Shown one piece after another: positions 24,068 to 36,961 of a stretch of 64,000 nt of DNA. The notes under the pieces were generated by a model, which ran no database searches, was not told the DNA's origin, and worked only from the letters and a program-made list of their open reading frames with translations. The translations under genes and the position numbers were made by a program. How positions within the stretch are numbered: the first letter of the stretch is position 1; every line of letters begins with the position of its first letter. The stretch covers positions 46,692,401-46,756,400 of the forward strand of contig CM120641.1 in NCBI GenBank assembly GCA_051362555.1. Reading direction: 5' to 3'. This DNA comes from Lingula anatina. Its lineage: Eukaryota > Animalia > Brachiopoda.

Positions 24068-27000
24068 CTGTGAAATAAATATATCATGTGTCAGAGCATG
24101 TGCGTGTGTGTGTGTGTGCATGCATGTGTAATTATTATAAATATTATCATAAAAAACCTAATTTTATAAGGGACAGAAAAACAATTATCATTGTGTTTTA
24201 ATGATACTCGCTAAATGATTTTAAACACTTTGGTACAAATGATTTTACAGATATTTATTATATTTGTCCTTAGAAAGTGCCAGGTGACTAAAACTTTCAA
24301 TTAGGACTGAAAAATTCACAGACAGGAGCTGCTTACCCTGTCCAGCCACCAGTGATTCATTTCAATGCCAATACTGTCGGCAAACTCACGCAATGTGCCA
24401 GATAAGATCACAATCTACTGAGCAAATCTAACTATTTCAGTTTTCCCCGTTTTCCCAGCTGGTACATTCACCTCAATCAATGCCAGTGCAACACAGAGCA
24501 CCTTGACTATTTTCAATTTTTCTTAGCAGATGGACTCTGTGGATTTCTGTTACAACTGAAAGTTAAGTAAGCTGCAAAAGTGAATTTGCATCAATATCAG
24601 TCATTTGAAAAAAAGAGGACTTTTGCAAGGTTTGAACCAAGTTGAGATTTTGCCCTTTAAGAAAATACATGCCCTTACCAGCCTCTGCTTGGTAACATGA
24701 TGAAATGGAGCAGAATTTCAACCATGAATGATACATGAAAAACACGGAATTAATTTTGCAAAGTACATTGTATTAATAATTCACTATTCTTACAATAAGA
24801 ACAATAAACACTAGATTTTTTTAATTTCCAAATTTGAAATACTCATGTTGTAACATTTTTAAAATCCCAAAGGTGTCAAAAGTGAAAACTAATTATAACA
24901 TTGCGCCAATCTCAAATGCATGCTGGGTGGTGACAAGCAATTTGAAATATGAGCAAATGTAACACAGGGCATGCAATTTCCTGTCAGTAAAATTACTGCT
25001 GAAGGGAATATGAACCATCAAATATATGCAACTGTGCATTGTTATCCTGTACTGATAGGGATAGTACCAATAAGAGATTCACAATACAAAAGACAAACAA
25101 AAAAATATTTTTCCTTTCTTATACAGTGGATAAATTAATAAAGACACAACCACTGCAAGGGAACACGTGCAGGAACGGTGGCTGTGGGAATTGATTGAGG
25201 GATTACACGGCATGCTTTCAAGTGGGCATCATTTTTGAGCCACAGCTCAGTTGGGTTGTGGCTCACCTTGCATTGGTTGTGAACAGATTCTATAGTTTGC
25301 CAAAAATTAAACAAATTCCAGCATTATTCATATGAAAAAAGCCATATCCAAAAGTTTAAAACCTCCTCCTCCTCTAAAACCTCTGCACTCACATCCTCCA
25401 TCCTTGAAAGACTATGCAGCAGTCATCCACTGCAAATAAGGAAAAAAATCCTTATTGATGTGCTTTTTGGGCTTTTTGGCATTATTGCATGGATTGTTAT
25501 ACATAATCATAATAAACAATACTCCGGTGAGTAATTTAGTTAATGCAAGTACAATATGAATGGGTGCTAGTTTAGATTAGGTATTTAATCCATCAATCTC
25601 TGGCATACTGGTAAATAAGATGAAAATTACAGTCAAAAATATCAGTCTCCTTACCATAAATTTTCCTCCAGAGAACACATTTGTTGCTCCATCAAAGAAC
25701 CAGATGTAAATTTAAAAAGGAAAGTCATCTCTCAGCTGATAATCAGTTCTGTTGAAGTTCACAGTAATTGTCATTTAGCATGTCATCAAACCAAGCAAAA
25801 AAACATCTTATCAATCAATTGAAATGGAACATTTTTAATAGCACAACTCTGGTATAGGCATTCAGGGCAATGGCTGTCAAAGAGCACACTGAGAATGAGC
25901 CAAGCGTTCTGGTATGGTAACTGCCAGATTACGCAGAGAGCACTTAAAAGTTCTGTACGTTCGAGATAAGTACCTTACATAGAGAGTAACCATACTCAGC
26001 GCTGAACACACGGGACAGGCTCAGCTGTAGTAATCACACTGAGCCGACAGTTCTGTTGGATGAGTATTGTAAAGTTAATTATTCAACATCTGAGAAGATT
26101 GAAAATGATGCAGTAATGAAGTCAAACTTTAATCTAATGCTAACCTACCAGAGGGAGCAAACTTTAAGACATCATTTACTCCCAAGTCTGATAGTGTCGA
26201 GGGGCATTGCTATAATGGATATATGCTATAATTAATAAGACTGAGGAGGTCGATGTGAGACAGCATCTACCAATTATTGTAAAATAGAAATGCAATGCTG
26301 CAGCGTAGTGGGTGTGCGGCTTAGGCGTTTTCATTAGTAACTTGTCCACTGAGTGATGCATTCCAGAGCCCCAAGGCCGGACCCCCCGGGCACCAGAGTT
26401 CAGGATGCACACTGTCGTTGATCGCTGGAAAGCTCCCGATGACAGCAACGTTCTTGTCCTAGTAAGTGCACCATAGCTATGGCTTAGAGATTAGACTGTA
26501 GGCTGCTACATAACATAGAGACAGCAAGGGATGTAATACTAGTAACACTTATACTTTTACCTAGTTATGCATTGTTTCATAACATGAACTAGTAGTTAGT
26601 GATCATGAATTAGCTCTTAGCATTTAATTTAGAAATATTTAGGCATTTGACAGCTGCTTACACATGTGCATGCATAACATAGTAGCAATACAAGCATGAG
26701 GTGAACTAATAATTACCTGGTAATTTTTCTAAATATTCGCCCTGAAGATTAATTAGAGAAATGCAAGTAGATGTTTGTGTTATAATGATGAGGCTTAATT
26801 CCTTATGCTTGCTGATATGCTAACATACATCTAACAATAATCATATCATAATTAGCCTATGCAATAGACTGTTACAATTTTTGACACTGGTAGCAGAATT
26901 AATTTGATTTTTGTTATTTATATAGGTATCAAAACATCTTTTCTGTACAGTAATGTAAAAGAGAATAAAATTATTAGTAGATTGTACACATACATCTATA

Positions 27001-27206
27001 TTGCACGTAATTGTAGACATGCTGTGCAGAATTTCTTTAAAATGAGCTACAGGTTGCGAGCACCTGCTCATATTATGGAATATGCATCAGGTAAAAATAA
27101 TTAAATTTAGATCAGGTACAAATTACAGTGAGTTGTAATAAGGCATGTCCATATCAGCTCTTATTCTGACTGAAAGTCAGCAACAGCTTTTTAAGACTTA
27201 TATGGC

Positions 27207-27468
27207 AATTACTCCATCTTTTCCATGGGCAAAAATTACCAAGCTTTCAGAGACATACTAGTATTTTAATAATCACAAAAATTATATTTCTAAAAAGCAT
27301 TTACTGCATATAGAATAGAATTTAAGAGTAGCCTGCTTTTTGATTTTGTTGCTATGCACCACTCAATAGGAATATTCTAATTAAAAGAAATTACTACTTT
27401 TAAAAAATAGAGTATCTGTAAAATTCACAACCCCCCCCCCCCCCCCCATTAAAAAGATCAAGTACTTA
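27207..27468 (+). mobile_element. AT-rich MITE (family D), copy 2
   Basis: attactccatcttttccatggg ... cccattaaaaagatcaagtact; colinear with 14345-14610. Confidence 0.78.
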
Positions 27469-28402
27469 CAGTAGTTATATGCTAAGACTCATGTGCCCTA
27501 CATGTATTTGGTGGGTCCTAGCTATAATTAATTGTGTAATAGGGTGCCAAGTGTCATCTGGTAGGCTGGTCACATCAATAACCTCTGCCAGCATTAGTTA
27601 ATCTGTTTTTTTTTTTTTCTTTTTTTTTTTTTCCACAAAATATCTGATATTTTGAGGAAAATTTCAGGGTGGGCAGATATTCAAGAGGGAAAGAATTTTA
27701 ACTGAGTTTGCGTCTCCTAACAGTAAAATGATTTATTTTTAAATTAATTTTATTATTACCTTACTTTTGCCTTGGTTGAGGCCTATGCACTTGGAGTCCC
27801 TCTCCCTGCCCCCACCCCCTCCATCCACCATCCGTGTCATCTTTAGACATGTTTTATGATGACCAATTTTGATCTCAGAAAGCACTTTCATCACATCATG
27901 TACAAGTAGCTATAAATTTCATTTCATTCACATTTTCTGTCATATTACTCAAAACTATGTGCAGTATATTACATGTAATGCTGAGTGACTGATGACAAAT
28001 CAAGTGACTACTAGTATGTCAGGCACTAGAACAAGACATGAAACAAAAAAAAATGCTACTTGCACATTTCCATTAGGCTCATATATTTTAGCTCTAGGGA
28101 ACAATATGCAGTGGAAAATACCACATTAGAAAGTGACAAGACACAGGCACAGATAATGGAATATTTTAGTACATTTCTACCATCATGTACAGACAGACCA
28201 CCTGCTGATTAACATGCAAAGTACTTTGTTTTGGGCTGACTGCTACACTGTGTTTGTTTCATTAATTCTATTAGATTCTACAATTCTGTCAGTTATTCTG
28301 CAAAACCAGTAAGTATTATTTTGATTAAAAAAATTAAACCTCAATAAATATTTCTATATATAAATGAGAAAGAATAAAAATTTGATTATCATATTTCTTA
28401 TA

Positions 28403-28613
28403 GGCTGCATTCACAACATACTAGTAAGTTGATCCATGGACTAACATATCTGCAGATCAAATATGGCCGACCCACTTGAAAGCTCACTGCATATTCCCCA
28501 TTAGTAACCTATTTGGTTTCTATAGGGGATTACTTGGCAAGCTTTCAAGTGGGTCGACCATGTTTGGTCCATGGATCTATTAGCCCGCAGATCAAGTGAA
28601 TCTGAATGACCCC
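28403..28613. mobile_element. PIF/Harbinger-type MITE with family A interior and GGCTGCATTCAC left terminus
   Basis: Inner inverted repeat atggccgacccacttgaaagct / agctttcaagtgggtcgaccat. gatcaaatatgg motif as at 1006. Flanks ATA / TTA. Confidence 0.78.
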
Positions 28614-29802
28614 TTAAATAATGAGACTCAGACTGTGCTTGAACGCTATTAAATCACATCTGTCTCAGATTGCTGCATTGGCTACTAAATCACTTTCTTC
28701 ATGAGGTATGCAAGACTTGTTGTTTCATTAACAAAATTAACTAGGGCTTTAAATTTATTTTTCCATTATGTTCATTATTGGGAATTGTTTGAAGTGATAA
28801 ATGAATGTGTCTGTAAAAGTGACAGGGCACTGTCTCTCGCCTTAGCTAGTTTCCTGGTTTTACACCACGAGACAGCTTGTCAATTAATCCTTCCTATTCA
28901 CATTAGTTTTTATATGTTTCATGCTATTGTAGGCAAAAATGTTGTGGAATTAAAGTAAATATCTTTTGTTTTTTATTATGTCTTTTTGTTATGTCTAAAG
29001 TGATAAATAGAGGGTATCAAGAGGACTAAGTATTAATTAATTAATTAATTAATTAATTTTGCCCATTTCACTAATTCAATCAGAAAAACATGGTGGATCT
29101 CTGCACAAAAAAACTACTTTAATATCAATATGCCTGGCATCTGCAAAAAGGACAAATACACCTAAATGAATAATAGAAAAACAAACAAAAATGTTATTGA
29201 AAGAGTATTCCAGGTTTTGTAAATTGTAGTATAATCTGTTCAAGTAATTATACACTACCTTGAAATTACTCTGCAATAAATGATTTGATTTACTTAGTAT
29301 GGTTGGATAACTTGTGTTGTATGAATATCAATTGTCAGAACAGTTATTTTTATGTTTGAAAGTCACTGCACATGCAAGTAAATCATCTACTAGCTGAGGT
29401 GTACACCTTCTAACAGGTTTCTGTCGACATGCAATGTAACTGTTAACACGGTGGGTGTGGCTGGCTCTCAGTAATCGCCAGAGAGATTCAGCAAATCTAA
29501 TGCAATGGGTTTCACTGTAACTGCTAGGGGACTACACTTAACAACTGAATGCCATTTTTTTGATAATCATAGGGATGAGACATTTCAATCTGTTGGCAGA
29601 TTTCTGACTATGTGGGAGACAAAAATATCATTGGTCAAGGTGACCCCTAGACCCCACTTCATATTTTTGACTTTTTCACTAAATAGTATTCTCATCTCTG
29701 TGAATAATATAATGTCACATTTTAATAATTTACAAGCTAAAAAACTAAACTAAACTTTTGACTAACACAGAACAGCCATTGTGTCAGGGTGTTAAGGGAG
29801 CA

Positions 29803-29805
<3 letters not shown>

Positions 29806-29870
<65 letters not shown>
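29806..29870. repeat. (CT)n(CA)n compound microsatellite
   Basis: Direct reading. Confidence 0.97.
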
Positions 29871-29873
<3 letters not shown>

Positions 29874-32017
29874 GCTGATCTTTTTTTGTGTACATAATTG
29901 TCTAACTTGAATGTATTCCTTTCCACTCAAATTTCCCAGATACTACTGGTAAAGGTCCTTGTCAAAGAGTTGAAAAAAAAAACTGAAGTAGAGTGGCTCT
30001 TATAGCTGGGAGTCACTGGTAACAGTACATTGACAAATACAGTTAGAATAGCAGAAATGTATTGATTTGACGAGAGTAAATACACTATTTACCTCATAAG
30101 TGAGTCTTTATCAATACTGATTGCAGGATGAAACCATGCATACATTCACAGGAGGTTTTTATAGTTGACAATATGTGCTTACATGAAATAACATCCAGTC
30201 AACTTAACATAGCCCTCAGGTTATTCCAGGGGGGGTTCTCAGCAGACAGCACTAACGCTGACCCTGTGGTCACCATTTTAACCTGGTATCGATTTTAAAC
30301 ACCTTTTTCTATTTAGCTTTCACAGAGGGTAATTATTACAGAATAATATCGGTAAACTATTGTGGATTTTTTTTTCTTCGTCTGTGATACGCAGCCTCTT
30401 TGATTAAAGTGCATGGGCAGGAAGGGTAAGAAGGGCGGGCGCCCCCGGGCGCGGCGGACCACAGGACATTAGCCATCGTGAAAAGCTGTTCTCTAAATAT
30501 ATGCACTGATACATCAACAAACTGTCATTGTTGTTGGAAGAAATGTATGTACTTTGGGGTTGGTTAAACAAACTGGCAGCTGTCCCTTCCAAAGCCAACA
30601 TGGGGGCCCCACTTAGTTGTAATGTTATTTCTAGAGCTCTCTGTATTCTAACGAGGAACAAACACTCAGGTGATACATGCTGGTGTACAGATGGCAATTG
30701 CCAATACTTTCTCATTGTTTCTATTCAAGAAAGGATACAGATCTCCATAGAACTGGCAGATAAACAGTCTTTTAACTCGACTTCAATGTCACCATTTCCC
30801 ATTTCATTTAATTCACTGGGATAGTTACAAGCTGCCAGGGTGCTGTGAAGTCAGGGTGCTGTTAACTTCCATATCTTTATTTCACTAGTTTGACATACAC
30901 GTACACGTACCTGTGCATCTTCTAAATGCACTGTGTGGAACCTGGAAGCCGCGACTTGTGGACTGGTAGTTGACATATTCTGGGGAACAATTTCCATGAA
31001 ACCCTGCTGTGTTTTGAAGTAGTTCTAGGATATTAAGACTGGGATTCACTGTTATCTTAACATTTCTAAGGATGGATGATGGTTCTTTACTATCTCTGTG
31101 GTAGAAAAGGTGAGAGGAAGTGAGCAAAGTGGATCAAGATTTGGGGTACAAACGATAGTTAATTAAGTGATATCTGTGTGGCCAAACTGATCACCAACAG
31201 TGGAGAGCTGACTGAGGAAAATTTACCTTGGCTCAGCTTAAATGACTAGAAGAGATCTGACAACTTGTCATCTGACACCATTTTTCAAAATCTAAATTCA
31301 AAGTAACAGTAACCTTTATTTCTAGTATATAATGATCAAAGTTCTTTTGTTCAAAGGAAAGTGTTTCTAGGATATACATAAATACATCAAGGAGTAGAAG
31401 TATGCAGGGAGCATATGCAGGCGGAAGCAGTGGGGAGAATCATCATATCCCCTGCCCCAGGGGTCACAGACACCACCGACAGGGGCAAAACAACAATGAC
31501 AAGGAGGTCACCTCTGATAAAGATAGTGAATATGTGAGTAAACATAACATCAAAATTTATTATTGAACTAAAATGGCTGCTTTTTACCTGTATTTTTTCA
31601 AACCCTACCATACAATGCAACATATATCCCAAGGGCAGAGGCCACAAATGTAGAAAGAATCAGCAGCAGGCTAGGGGTATCATAACTACGGTTGCAGGTG
31701 TCCACAGGCTGGTCTCTATGGTCCTAATTTGATCTTGCTCCAGTTTCCCCCAAATATACCTATAAAAGTGTGAATGTATACAAACAGAAATTTACAAAGT
31801 GAAATGGAAAAAGTGATTTACAAGTTATGACAGTGCTGCAGAATGCACTCTTCAACGGATACTAAATCGATCAGTTTTTTTGAATAATTAATTGCTGGAA
31901 ACATCAAGTAAATATGTTTAAATAGGTTGTATATTTGATATAATGTGTACATTACTGCACATGATAACTTGGGCTGTGTACCTACATTGAGTTGGACTAT
32001 CTTTTTCTCCCGTCTCC

Positions 32018-32105
32018 TCCCCCCCCCCCCCCACCCCACACTCTCTCACAAAACAGAGATCACTTCATGAGAATGACCATCAAGTGGCTCTCTACCGCCC
32101 CCCGC

Positions 32106-32136
<31 letters not shown>

Positions 32137-32344
32137 ACTCACAGTGGAGATCGCTATATGAGAATGACCATTAAGTGGCTCTCTACCGCCCCCCCCCCCA
32201 CACACACACACACACTCACAGTGGAGATCGCTATATGAGAATGACCATTAAGTGGCTCTCTACCGCCCCCCCCCCCCCCACACACACACACACACACACT
32301 CACAGTGGAGATCGCTATATGAGAATGACCATTAAGTGGCTCTC
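32018..32344 (+). repeat. Minisatellite, 4 units of ~75-95 bp, each a constant core plus poly-C/(CA)n tract
   Basis: Core cacagtggagatcgctatatgagaatgaccattaagtggctctc at ~32140, 32217 and 32301, with a diverged first copy at ~32047. Confidence 0.95.
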
Positions 32345-33829
32345 GTTAGCAGATTTCTCAGTCTCTAATTAGGCATTAAAATTAATTGATTGTTGTTAGT
32401 AGAGGAACCTTTTCAAACCATATCAGATCAGTTTTCATTCAGTAACAAATTTCTACAACAGTTTCTTTGAGAAACTTTATTTCAGTAGTTAAAGAGAAGA
32501 CTGTAGCTAGCTGGCTGTTCTACACGTATTATATATATATACTTCCTTATCAGTTTTATCTACTTGAAAGTGTAATTGCGGTATCTTGGAGAATGTTACC
32601 AAGGATTATATCAGCCTCACTACACTAAGTGCTTAGGTGCACTTATGAAGAGGGTCATAGCATTTCTTATTCTCAAGCAGATAAATAAACCAATATATAA
32701 TCACAAGTGTTTCAAATGCCCTATTATTCTGAAGATTATTATTATTATTATTATTTTGTTAATTTGTGATGACATCATATATCTCTCACAAAGTGCCCAT
32801 AAGCTTGAAATCTCAACAAGGCTTTCCCCAGAGGACCATCCAGCTGTCACTTGGACGGACATTAGCCCCAAAAAGCCATATATGTTCAAAGATGGCTTGA
32901 CCGCTTACCAAATTTTTGGGTTACGTATTTGGTTGGGCTTGCTAGTTTAGACTCCTTGTAAATTGATGTGCCAATTTACAAGTTCACATTTCGGACTCTC
33001 GGTACCCCAAATCTTGGGGAAACCCCTGATTCTCAACATCCACGTAATTCATTCTACCTGATTTAATTACAGAGATTATAAGTAGGAAAACAAAAGTGAT
33101 ATATGTATATGATGAGACCTTTTTATTAGCTCGCTTGTTAAAACAAAATAATGAAGAAAAAAAATCAAACACATGTCAAAGACAGTTTAAAAAGTTGAGA
33201 TATTAGGATACGTGGAGTAAGCACACCTTGCTGATGCTTTGAACTATAAATGTGAACTATGTCTCAGTACAGCAGTAGAACCCTGATTAACCCTGTCTAT
33301 TGATTAAACCAATAAACTGTGTCCAGATACATGTACTTATTGATTGAGACAATCTTGGGAAATTCTCATCATGGGAAATGCTGTCAGGGTATTTAGGAAT
33401 CCGCAGGGCAGACCAAAACAACTTCTAGCTATAGAGACTGTCTGTTTTATATCTGGTTGACATTCTTCAAAATGAAATTTAGATTTCAAAATGGTTACTT
33501 TACAAAATAGCTGGTTATCATAGGTTTTCAATTAAAAAATGATCATTATAATGACAACATTGTCAACATTGTCTGCATCTGCCCATTACTTGGTGAAAAT
33601 TTTTTTTCTTTTGCTGTCAGCAGTGGATGATAGGTTGATTCTGGTTTATTTATGAGCATCTGTGTGACTGATTTTAATATGGAATGCAGTAATCCGGAAG
33701 AATATGTAACAGGTGTGAAGGGGAGAGAGGGGGAACACAATAAGGATTTAGGAATGTTTGCCCTCTTTTTTTTTTTTTTCTTGATATATGCATATGTATA
33801 CATGTGTACTTGTGTATGCATGCATTTGC

Positions 33830-33831
<2 letters not shown>

Positions 33832-33874
<43 letters not shown>

Positions 33875-33917
33875 GGTGGGTGGGAGGGTGGGTGTGTGTG
33901 TGTGTGTGTGTGTGTGT
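33832..33917. repeat. (GT)n microsatellite with embedded (GGGT)n G-quadruplex motif (33866-33892)
   Basis: Direct reading; seven GGG runs separated by 1-nt loops. Confidence 0.95.
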
Positions 33918-33923
33918 TTACAT

Positions 33924-34560
33924 GGGGTAACCTGCCTCTCCCATTGCTCTGTAACTCTGATGATGCATGTATGTAGTACCCCTCAGTTTAAACACAAAGC
34001 AGTATATCAATTCTTTTACCCCATAGTTACTTTGTCATAAATTGATGAGGGGCCAACCTACCCCGGGGTCCCCTACCTACAATAATATGACGGTCGTGGC
34101 CTTTGTTATAACAATGTGTTGGCAATCGGATAGAGGCTTGAATCTGAAATAATAATTTGAGGCAATACGACATACTTGAGAGTGGAAGTTAATGAGTTTG
34201 TACTTTTCCAGATCATTGATAAATTAATTATATGGAATTTGGTTCTCTGGCTTGATCTGGCTTCTTTATCGACAACACAGCGTTGTTATATAAGTGGTAG
34301 GTAGTGGTAGGTTGGACCCCGGGGTAGGTTGCCCCCCCCCACCCCCCAATCAATTTATGACAAAACTATGGGGTAAAAGAACTGATCACATCATTTTGTA
34401 AAGTGACCGCATCCAACAGTGCTAAGAAAGCGTCGGCAGTGAGTCCAAATGAAATAATTTAGCATCTTAAAGTAACTTTATTAAAGAGACTTGATGGGGG
34501 GGGGGGGGGGGGGGGGGGCAACTTACCCCGGGTTCCAACAACTGGCCCCGGTCTCCCCTA
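33924..34560. mobile_element. Fold-back DNA transposon remnant with long inverted arms; right end CCCCGGTCTCCCC-TA (TA-flanked, Tc1/mariner-pogo-like); left tip missing
   Basis: atcaattcttttaccccatagtt..tttgtcataaattgat pairs with atcaatttatgacaaaactatggggtaaaagaactgat; caacctaccccggggtcc pairs with ggaccccggggtaggttg. Superfamily is inferred from the terminal TA only. Confidence 0.75.
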
Positions 34561-34716
34561 TTTAGGCATTTTAAAAATGGCCGAACCATCACTGCAAGAA
34601 CAGTGATACAAACTTAAATTATTAACAACTACTTGTGCATACCTTGACTGAGACAGAACTAGCCCACGTGTTGTCTGGGAATATTGACCATCAATAGCAA
34701 TCAGTTTTAGAATTAA

Positions 34717-36961
34717 GGTAGATCGGTCGTTACATGTTCCAACGTTCGAATTTTTTTAAATTTTTTTTTGTTTGAGGAGACATCCAAGTACATTAAAAAT
34801 TTGCAAAAAAAATTGGGGGTCACCGACCAAATAAGAGAACTAGCCCCAAATATGATACACCCTGCATATCGCACTAGTCCCCATTCAAATCAATGGGAAA
34901 ATGGGTGTTTTCTCACTAAAGCATTATTTTTTATGACTTTCTGACGTTCGAATTTTTTAAAAAATTTTTTTGTGTAAAGAGGCCTCCAAGTACATTTAAA
35001 TTTTACCAAAAAAATTGGGGGTCACCGACCAAATAAGAGAACTACGCCAAGTTGAAGTGCGCTACACCCTGCGTGACGCACTAGTCCCCATTCAAATCAA
35101 TGGGGAAATGGGTGTTTTTCACCAAAACGTTATTTTTTATGATTTTTCTAACGTTTGAATTAAAAAAAAAACTTTTTTGTGTAAAGAGGCATCCAAGTAG
35201 ATTTTAATTTTGCCAAAAAAGTTGGGGGTTACCGACCAAATAAGAGAACTACGCCAAGTTGAAGTGCGTTACACCCTGCGTGACGCACTAGTCGGAAGTC
35301 CCCATTAAAATCAATGGGAAAATGGGTGTTTTTCACTAAATCGTTATTTTTTATGATTTTTTTTTTTTTGTGTGTGTGTGTGTGTGTGAAGAGACATCTA
35401 AGTACATTTAAAACTTTCATTATGTTTAACAGTTGAAGTGAGTATACTCAGCTATTTTCAGATTTGTCTAACTGATGAGAAGGTGTAAGCCATTAACTTA
35501 AAGCAATAATAACTCTTCCTTTGAGATTCAAAATTCCGCATGAAATACATTGTAAACAACGCATGGAAATATATTCTATTGTATTTTACCACTAAAACGG
35601 CCGTTATTGTAGTAAAACTAAAATCTGTGCTTGTCAATGGGGCTTTCGGTGCCTTACTTCCCAGTCATCAAAGCATTCGTTGCTAATGACGTAATGGTGT
35701 CACGCGGATTCTCGCGTTCATTCGAGACCAAAATAACATGGCGCGAAACGCATTAATGCGGACGCGGACGTAAGTTGCGAGTTTTTGTACAGTGCGACGG
35801 ATAACGAAAAGCCCAGAATGGCACACATTGTGGATATAAATGTATTTTTAACAAAAAGACGAATATATCTCATGAATCTTATATAGTGTTGTTGTTGTCT
35901 GCTTTTCCCGCGGTTTTAAGTAGGTCACCAGTGACTTTGCAATGTCAGAGAGATCCCCGTCAGTTAAAATCTCTTAAGAGATTTTAACAAAAAACCGTAC
36001 GTTTAGGAAAAAACCCTGGATTAACTTTGAATGCAGGAATGGGGTCGCTGACCATTGGTAAGTACGGGAAAATTGCCGTTTACTCCAGGAAAATCCAATT
36101 TTTGGCCAAAATGAAGAGTTTAATATTATGACTTTAACAACAAAATTATTGAAGAGAATAATAAGGGAAATACTCATGCATATGAAAATAGTTTATTGCC
36201 GTTGTTATTTATTAATGAATATAACATGAACGTGACATCGTAAACACTGTGTTGTCAAGTAAAATGAAGCGTCTGATACAAAGTATCAAATGCGGCATTC
36301 ACCTGCTTGCTTGCGGTGCGTTCAGTACACTTTGTTTACACTGACAAGTCAAGGTTAGAAGTGCACAATTTTTCTGTATAATATAACGCAGTTTCAATTT
36401 TGATTAGTGAATTTTCTTCAAGCTGTAGACCCTATGGCCATTTTCTGAACATTTGTATAAGCTATGAAATATTTCTCAGTCCAAATTTCTCTAAGTCCAA
36501 ATGAGTGGCGTTACGACGCACTTCCGGTTTTCGTCGAAATCTAAACTACAGCAGCACATTCAGGGCGTTCTACCTCAAAATGTACGCAGCCGCTTTGATT
36601 GGAATTTACAACACTTATTCTTTACATGACATAGAACCTACGTGCATAATTTGTGAGCTTTAGCTGTCATACATTTTCTAGTGCCAATTCAAATTGGAAA
36701 AGGAGCTATTCCGACGATTACTAACTTGAAGGGCAAGTCTATGAACGTGCTACAGTTGTCGTATGGAATCATAGTCGACAAACGTTGTCGAAAATCTGTA
36801 TCGATCATACAGAGTTACAGACAAGTTGATAATGTGTGTTTATCTTATAGATAATTGTTTTATTTCCTTAAATTGATAAAACAGACTGAAGTGTCGTTAG
36901 AGACGATTGACGATGCGCTGAAATTGCGCAAATCGTCAAATTACGTAATGACCGATCTACC
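34717..36961. mobile_element. Non-autonomous Kolobok-like DNA transposon, 2245 bp
   Basis: TIR GGTAGATCGGTCGTTAC / GTAATGACCGATCTACC (16/17). TTAA on both sides (34713-34716, 36962-36965). TTAA TSD with 5'-RR termini fits Kolobok rather than piggyBac (CC termini). No transposase ORF. Confidence 0.88.
34741..35418 (+). repeat. Subterminal tandem array (~202-207 bp unit, ~3.3 copies) inside the Kolobok-like element
   Basis: Units start at 34741, 34943 and 35150. Each has ttgggggt(c/t)accgaccaaataagagaacta and the palindromic cccatt(c/a)aaatcaatggg. Confidence 0.95.

Noticed and set aside
32018-32344. CRISPR-like repeat-spacer appearance
   Set aside because: Spacers are poly-C/(CA)n rather than unique sequence, the context is eukaryotic and there are no cas genes.
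33652-34040. Cys/Val-repeat ORFs
   Set aside because: Translation of the (GT)n microsatellite.
34717-36961. piggyBac assignment from the TTAA TSD
   Set aside because: Termini are GG..CC, not the CC..GG typical of piggyBac; Kolobok fits better.
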